Source of the DNA: Eledone cirrhosa | Taxonomy: Eukaryota | Assembly (NCBI GenBank): GCA_964016885.1 | Contig: OZ024742.1 | Span: forward strand, 258,540,001-258,604,000 | DNA length: 64,000 nucleotides | Direction: 5' to 3' | Part shown: piece after piece, positions 56,750 to 64,000 of the stretch | Layout of the letters: every line of letters begins with the position of its first letter | How positions within the stretch are numbered: the first letter of the stretch is position 1 | Program-made: the position numbers and the translations under genes | Notes under the pieces: model-generated | Databases searched by the model: none | What the model saw: only the letters and a program-made list of their open reading frames with translations | Told to the model about the DNA's origin: nothing

Positions 56750-58880
56750 TTAGCCATCGGGCATTAACGCTGGCTTAAGGTATTTGAAAGTTGCAAAGTT
56801 TTTGTGCATGAAGTGCGGGCAGTGTTCAGAGAGTTTGATCAGTAGCGGGCCCTTGGCGAATAATATTTCGTAGCTCTCTGAGATACAACTTGTGTCCTCC
56901 GTTGTATGAGCGCGCTTTCTGGAGTATTTCCATTTAAGCGTGAAGGTGGTGGAGTTCCTTTGAGGTCCCAAACATAGGAGGCGAGTGTTGTCTGATTTGA
57001 TTTGTCCGGTCTTCCGAAGTAGTGGGTATGGGCATACCACCGGGTCTTAAATTTATTGGAAGTCATGCCGATGTAAGTCTTTTTGTTGATGCAATCATCG
57101 GTGCCTGAGATGACATTGCATTTTATACGATATCATTTGTCAGGCATTTGTTTTCAAGTGGGCAAGCTTCCTTATTTAGGCAATTATACAAGGCCTCAGT
57201 CCGGGGATTGGGTTCGGAGCTGGTTGGCTTATTTAATTATTTAGCATTGAGATTGGCTATATTCCTAGCGAGGTTAGGTGTAGTGGAGTAGGAGAGTCTT
57301 ATTGTGTTTTTATTAAAGATGGTGTAGTACCTATGTTGTATAGGGAAGTGTATGTTCAGCAGAGTGAAGAAAATCCTAGATATAGGTGTAGAGACCTCTC
57401 TATTGAAGGGAGGGTTGTACCAGCTAATCTGCCTATGCCTATTCCTCCTATGTAGTTTTGCGGTGGTTCCTAGGTAGGTTATCTTTTCTTTAAATCCGTT
57501 GCGGGCGAGAGCCTCATTGTAGTAGGAGGCCGAGGCGTTAAATATATCTTCATTGGCCGAAAGGCCAGAGATTCTAATAGAGACGCTTTTTACTAAGTTA
57601 TCAGTGATGTTTTGGGGGTGGTTAGAATTAACATTAATATATCTAAGAGACTCATTAGGTTTGTGGTACGGGTAATAGAAGGAAGTATCTAGGTCGAGAG
57701 TGACATCGAAAAAGTTACCCCTAGTCATATTATATTCTATAGTTATACTAAATCCAAGATTACGGAAGAACGAGCTTAAGTTTCTCCGAAACCCATCGGT
57801 GGTTCTGATGTTAACCTTGTGCAGGGAGAAGAGGCCGTCATCTCGGTATAAACCTCCGGTTAGCCCAGTAAAGAGGTTCTTCAGATGATTTGAAATGTAC
57901 AGTCCCACAAGGTCGCTTATTTCAGCCGAGTCACTCGCTCCCAATCTGACGTCAAATGGGGTCTGAGACTTCTTGTTGATCCAGTAAGATCCATCGTGGT
58001 ATAGGAAGGTCTTACGGACATGGAGGATAACATCTTGCTCAGCATCGGTTATGGTGGTAAAATTACTGGCAAAAGTAATTGCGTCCTTCAGGAGGGACTC
58101 CGAGATAGAAGCATAGTAGTTTTCTATGTTGAATTGCAGGAAGCGAGTGTGGCGTTTATCGGGTAATTCTTGGAACCAAGATATTGCCTCAGATGTTCTG
58201 CTCCAGAGTGGGACTGGTGAGGCAACGCACAATGATGATAGAACTCTATCAAGAATATTCTTACTGATAGAGCCGATGTCCGAGCGATTGGGGTTGATAA
58301 GTCTGACTGATGGTTTGTTGAGGACGTTTCTCTTATGGTCCTTCAGGGTAAAGTGCGGGGTCTTTCCCCTTAAAGGTTCGGTTCGGTCATGTAATTTAAG
58401 GGACTTGGCGATTTCTTTTCCGGCCACGTTTGTCTCAGTCAATGCCATCTCTATTACCTTTTTGTAGGTGGTCGTGATGGCATTTTTTGCCAGCTCATTG
58501 TAGGTCTGTGGGTCTACCTCATAAACGTTTTTGGTTTTATCGGAGGCGACATGGAGATTAGAGGATTTGTTTATATTCCGCAATTCAGTATTTAAGTAGG
58601 CATGGAATGGTGTGTGGCTCTACGAAATTTGATATATTTGATCATCTTGAAGAGGTCTTCTTCAAATGGTTCAAGTAGGCTGTTGGTGGGTGGTGCCTTA
58701 TTCGTTTTGAAGCCGAACTTCTCATCATTGGTAGATGATACATCAAGGTTGTCGAGGAAGAAGGATCTCCATCTAATTCGCTTGATGAACTCATCGGTAC
58801 GTCTGATGAGTGTTTTAAGTATAGTTTCCTTGGAGGGATAGGGATGTTCTTCAAGTAAACATCAAGGTCGAGTTTGGTCA
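56750..58880 (-). pseudogene. Near full-length PLE ORF (RT + GIY-YIG), frameshifted; same lineage as 23914-25600
   Basis: SDKTKNVY, RLINPNRSDIG, GGLYRDDG, WYNPPF, SYSTTPN; endonuclease motifs at 56750-57200. Confidence 0.9.
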
Positions 58881-59478
58881 GCAGAGTTTCTTGGTGATGG
58901 TTATAAGGGGCACACAGTGCTAAATGGTAAGTTATTCCGGGTTGAATCGGAGGTAACCACAGTAAGTAAGGGACTCAATACATAGCAGAGTATAACAGTT
59001 TTAATATAGATGAGATTCTACAGGACTAGAACTGTTTCATTCTTTAGAAACCAGCAAGAATCTGGCTGACCAAAATAAATTTTGTGGTATTTATATCTCT
59101 TCAGGTGGTAGAAGAGGGTGGGGAGTGGCATGGGTGGAGGTCATTAGTTGAAAGAAAAGGGAATTCATGAAAAGCTAATTATTTAAGGCTATAATTTATA
59201 TTTAGAGTGACAAAGGGAGAAAGAATTCTATAAACAAGTTCAAGTTGGAATGCCACTTCTTATTTTTAAGTTTCTCTTAAGCTAACAATGCCTATATTTC
59301 AGGTGTCTATAAGATGGTTGTGGTTCGGTCATGGTTGATGGATTTAAAGAAAAGGGAAATTCTTGAAAATCTAATTCTTTAAAGCTCTACTTAGAGTGAC
59401 AAAGGCCAAGAGAATTCTATAAACCAGTTCAAATATTGGGTGCCTATATTTCAGGTGTCACCAGACACATTCACCTAT

Positions 59479-59515
<37 letters not shown>

Positions 59516-59594
59516 AATATACACATATACAAACATATACAAACACATCTACACATATATACACACATGCACATAAATGCATAAATACACATAC

Positions 59595-59655
<61 letters not shown>

Positions 59656-59664
59656 CATATTAAT

Positions 59665-59990
59665 TCAAAATAGTAACAAAATAGATATTCTTGTGATCAA
59701 GTATATTTTATTATACATATTTCAGATGTACTGAGTTAACTTCCACAGTACGGCCTCATCAGATAAAATAAGATGATGCATGATAAACCCTGACATAGTA
59801 GATAGTTAATATTCAGTCATGGTAATGAGTAATATATGACAAAACTCAATATTTATATACCTTAATATTGAGAACATGAGAAAAATATATAATACATACA
59901 CTAGAGAGGCTGCGTGTGAGAAAGCTTAAAAAAATACATGGCAGCAATATAACTGTTGAATAATTTAAATTACTGAAGAAAGAGGAAAGA
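59665..59990 (-). mobile_element. Solo pLTR fragment (family of 20390-20720)
   Basis: Colinear with 20390-20720. Confidence 0.85.
59704..59770 (-). ncRNA. Minimal type I hammerhead ribozyme
   Basis: Reverse complement TATTTTAT-CTGATGA-GGCCGTACTG..CAGTACATCT-GAAA-TATGTA-TA-ATAAAATA. Confidence 0.8.
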
Positions 59991-60014
59991 AAAAAAACCC
60001 ATAGAGGAAGAAAC

Positions 60015-60086
60015 AATTTTGAGATAGAGTGTCCGTGCTGTTTGCTCTGATCAGAGCAAACAGCACGGACACTCTATCTCAAAATT
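60015..60086. repeat. Perfect 72-bp palindrome
   Basis: Centre ctga|tcag at 60050/60051. Confidence 0.92.
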
Positions 60087-60087
60087 A

Positions 60088-60124
60088 TTTTTGAAAAGCA
60101 TTTAGAAATGCGCAACCGGTAAAA
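60088..60124 (+). ncRNA. Variant hammerhead-like motif (UUGAAAA..GCAA)
   Basis: TTT-TTGAAAA-GCATTT ag AAATGC-GCAA-CCGG-TA-AAA. Confidence 0.55.
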
Positions 60125-60243
60125 ACTTAAAAACTTAAAACCACAACTGAATACTAACCCATACAATCACTAATACTCTTTTATTCCTAATTAAACCATT
60201 TTTCAACTGTGAACAATTTGTCAGCATTTTCTATTCCGTTTAT

Positions 60244-60321
<78 letters not shown>

Positions 60322-60367
60322 TGTTAAATAAGAAAATTATAAAATTAACTTAATTACTAAAATATCA

Positions 60368-60447
60368 CTTCCAACTAATTAGTTTCTGGAATGGAGTAAA
60401 TATATTTTCCGAAGAAAACACGGAGAAACATTCCGTCGTCAGGGAAG
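60368..60447 (-). ncRNA. Type I hammerhead, extended stem II
   Basis: Reverse complement CTTCC-CTGACGA-cGGAATG..CATTCCa-GAAA-CTAATTAG-TT-GGAAG. Confidence 0.78.
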
Positions 60448-60888
60448 ACTATTCTCATCTAAGTAACCAGGCAAAGCGTGGACACTGGAAACTTATTAAA
60501 AAATAATTCAGTGGATAGAAAATAGCAAAGCGTGGCCTGAATTCCTAGCCATTGAGAAAATCGCTGCCTCTACGTCAGTGGCAAATTCAAAAAGAATCAA
60601 TCACGTGACATCGAGGTCAATCAGTGGAAAGTGGTTGTTAATAAGACAGCGGCCTGCCTGCTACCATAGCAGCAGTCGTGGCCAATATTGCTCGACAAAT
60701 AATTTGGAGAGAATTATAAAGAATTAATATCTAGTAACCTGTATATACATACAGATGCATATCTATGCTAGCAAATATATTGGTTTTGTCTTAGTAACTT
60801 TGTGGTTCAATGCATGGGGTTGCAGAACAATAATACGAGAGACGTAAAATAAGAAAATTATAAAATTAACTTACTTACTAAAATATCA

Positions 60889-60968
60889 CTTCCAACTAAT
60901 TAGTTTCTGGAATGGAGTAAATATATTTTCCGAAGAAAACATGGAGAAACATTCCGTCGTCAGGGAAG
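60889..60968 (-). ncRNA. Type I hammerhead, second tandem copy
   Basis: As 60368-60447. Confidence 0.78.
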
Positions 60969-61313
60969 ACTATTCTCATCTAAGTAACCAGGCAAAGCGT
61001 GGACACTGGAAACTTATTAAAAAATATTTCAGTGGATAGAAAATAGCAAAGCGTGGATTGAATTCCTAGCCATTGAGAAAATCACTGCCTCTACGTCGGT
61101 GGCAAATTCAAAAAGAATCAATCACGTGACATCGAGGTCAATCAGTGGAAAGTGGTTTGCTAATAAGACAGCGGCCAGCCTGCTACCATAGCAGCAGTCG
61201 CGGCCAATATTGCTCGACAAATAATTTGGAGATATATATATGTATTTACACACATATATATACATATATATAAATATATATATATACATGTGTATACATA
61301 TACATGCGCATAC

Positions 61314-61420
<107 letters not shown>

Positions 61421-61852
61421 TGCGTGAGTGGACTTGTGAAATACCAAACCCAGCATGGATTCATTGAAGTGTGTCAGGCGGAGGGACAGTTGATGGCCAG
61501 TGTAACACCAACTATTGGCCACAATTTATGATGACGTAAAAAACAACAGCCAACAGCAGGACAAGCGAGGAAGATGTTTTTTGACGCTAACACCCCATTG
61601 AGAACATTTGATCCGAAATTATTACAAGTGTTCGATGAACCTGCAAGTCCAGAATCACACAGATCCATACAATGATCGTGTCTCGAGCTGTCTGCCGGCT
61701 AAACAATTGTAACACTCAATAAATTGAGTCCAGATGCATCACTGATTTTTCGTTTTACATTATATCACACTCTGCTCTGTAAGAACATAGAGTGCTCAAC
61801 CGGCATACCGTCCCGGAAGCATCATAGCTACCATCAGACACACATACACACA

Positions 61853-61932
<80 letters not shown>

Positions 61933-62614
61933 GTAACAAAGAATATAGAGCATCAAGTTCAAAAGTTAATACATTATTTATTTGATCTATACGTGTTTCA
62001 TTATCTATATGTATTATGTAGTGAAAGTCAGGATCGATTATATATATATAACATATTAGAAAGTGTTTAATTACCGAACGATGTTTGTCCGTAACCGCAT
62101 GTTGTAGCTGCAAACTATGACCAATGTTTTTTCTAAGATTATGGAAGGTTGAAATTACCAGAATAATTTTGCAGTAATTCTCTTAATAGTTGTTCTACCG
62201 ACAGTCCTATTCTGATGTTAATATAATATATGCCTGTCATTAGTGCAACTATATTAACAGTTACTGAAATTATAATCACATTTATCCTCAATATCTATTT
62301 TTTTTAGCTTTAATGTTATGAAATATATGGACGTAAATAATGGCTAAAATGATCTAGTATTTATCAGCGTTAATTTTATTAGGTTGCTTATATGTAACAT
62401 CTTCTTTTACTAGGTACATGTAGCCACCCACTACTCTTATTGCTTCATGTAGCCAAACCATTATTTACAGACACCCACGTCAATACATGCATACATCATG
62501 CACACACTTATACCCACACACACGCACACACACACATACACACGCGCATGCGCACACACCGCGCGCACACACACACACACACACAGGCACACACACATAC
62601 GCGCAGGCACACAT

Positions 62615-62674
<60 letters not shown>

Positions 62675-62944
62675 TTATTTCGAATTCTTTTACTACTGGT
62701 GGTGGGGTTAGAAGGGGAGTAAGAAATTATATCAGAAAAGCCGCTGTTGCTGATGCAGTGTTGTAGTAGGATGTCACCCTATCAAAGTTGGCTTTCTTAG
62801 AAAAATGTTAGAAGTCCTATCTGATAAAAAGTAGCTATTAGGTATTTTCTAAAATGCTCCAGGTTGACGTGGTATAAACATGAGGGAAATCTGACTCACA
62901 CTGTATCTAAAATGTATAATCCTACCAAATCGCATACGTCAGCA

Positions 62945-63560
62945 CTATCGAATGATTCCATTGAGACATTGAATAGTTATGAGGTAGTTGATTTTTTCTT
63001 TCTTTTTTTTCCAGGCTGTGCCATTACTGAAGAATACAGTTTTTCTGCAGTTTGTAATGTTCTGTCTATCCAAGTCATGAACGGGGGTGTAAGGGGTTGC
63101 GAATTTTAACGCTTCATCAAAGAGGGTCGCTGAGACCAACGGGTAAAAGTCCACTATATGGAACTGCGTGAATTTGGATTTTTGGGGTGCTGAAGGAATG
63201 GAACATCTTAATAACATCTTAATAACAGAGTCACTGTTCTCCCATTGGGACAGGTTGCATTTCATCCTAAAAGTCTTCACTATACCTCTAAGGATAGATT
63301 TGCTGACAAGCCCCATCTCTGTACGTGTTGAGTTTAGCAGTCTACAAATATGATTAGAAGCAAAATCGGTCATATGGTTCTTGAAGTTTAGAAAGGCCAC
63401 ACGCTTAGCTATGTATTTTAGTTTCCTATCTACACTAGGTGCTTGGCTGCTCTATTGATATTAATATAGTCTGTGAGGTCTGATGTTTTTATATTTCTAT
63501 GTTATAGTATGTTGTGCCAAGCGGTTGTAAGTAGTTTGGCCAACTATATTTCACGTTGCT
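62945..63560 (-). pseudogene. Degenerate PLE RT N-terminal fragment
   Basis: AFLNFKNH..CRLLNSTRTEMGLVSK..QW.N..TQFHIVDFYP. Confidence 0.8.
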
Positions 63561-63859
63561 CCATGTTCATTCAGCTGTAGAAATGTGTTTCCACGTAATT
63601 GCTGCATGTATCGGCCATTGCTTTCACTGGCATGAAATGACTGACGTGAGTTGGGGAGTGACATGCATGGTTGAATTCTGGTCTTCCACAACCACAAAAT
63701 GCCCAGGCTTCTGCATCGAAGGGGAAATATCTAGGTATAAACGCATGGTCATTCGTGACAGACGCGGGCCTGCTACGATATATATAATATATATATACTC
63801 TTTTACCTATTCCAGTCATCCGACTGAAAACATGCTGGGGCTCCACCCTGGTTGCGTTG

Positions 63860-64000
63860 GCTAACCATTGAGGGAGTTCGTTCTGTACTGTGCGCTCATC
63901 TGGGATCCTGGATAGCAGGGTGTCAAGCGGTTTCCTAAAAACATCCACGTCCACTCCATGCAGATTTCTCACATTTCTTGGCAACTTATTAAGCAGGTGA
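63860..64000 (-). pseudogene. LINE ORF2 C-terminus (CR1/L2-group-like), runs off the window
   Basis: LLNKLPRNVRNLHGVDVDVFRKPLDTLLSRIPDE resembles CR1/L2-type C-termini. Confidence 0.55.

Larger units (their letters stand above)
60316..61230 (-). mobile_element. Retrozyme-like tandem, 521-bp unit x ~1.75
   Basis: ccaactaatt at 60371 and 60892; no ORF; (TA)n on both sides. Confidence 0.85.

Noticed and set aside
59015-59110. Minus-strand CTGAAGA...GAAA..GTC upstream of the PLE ORF
   Set aside because: Stems I and II do not pair convincingly; at best a decayed motif
61430-61830. GC-richer island that might be an exon
   Set aside because: No sustained ORF, recognisable motif or clear splice pair

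Overview
AT-rich, microsatellite-saturated animal DNA; the SINE and LINE repertoire suggests a cephalopod/octopus-like genome, which is an inference. I found no host gene exons, and nearly all short ORFs in the track are translations of (TA)n/(CA)n repeats. Real coding content is transposon-derived: two tandem Tx1/L1-clade LINEs embedded in (GATA)n, about ten Penelope-like element (PLE) copies or fragments from at least three lineages (RT plus GIY-YIG endonuclease), and a Chapaev3-like transposase relic. There are also a non-autonomous Helitron and tRNA-derived SINEs. The hidden layer is RNA: more than 20 minimal type I hammerhead ribozyme (HHR) motifs from about ten sequence families, read by eye, mostly with palindromic stem III. 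Several have non-canonical cores: U3-A8 swap, U.U at 10.1/11.1, GCAA for GAAA, and a shortened UGAU core. They sit in PLE pseudo-LTRs and in ORF-less tandem units of 310, 521 and 544 nt (retrozyme-like). Almost every such insertion is a fold-back lodged in (TA)n. The PLE-HHR link is established; the variant cores, the large retrozyme-like units and GATA-targeting by the Tx1 LINEs are the candidates for novelty. No folding or database search was run.
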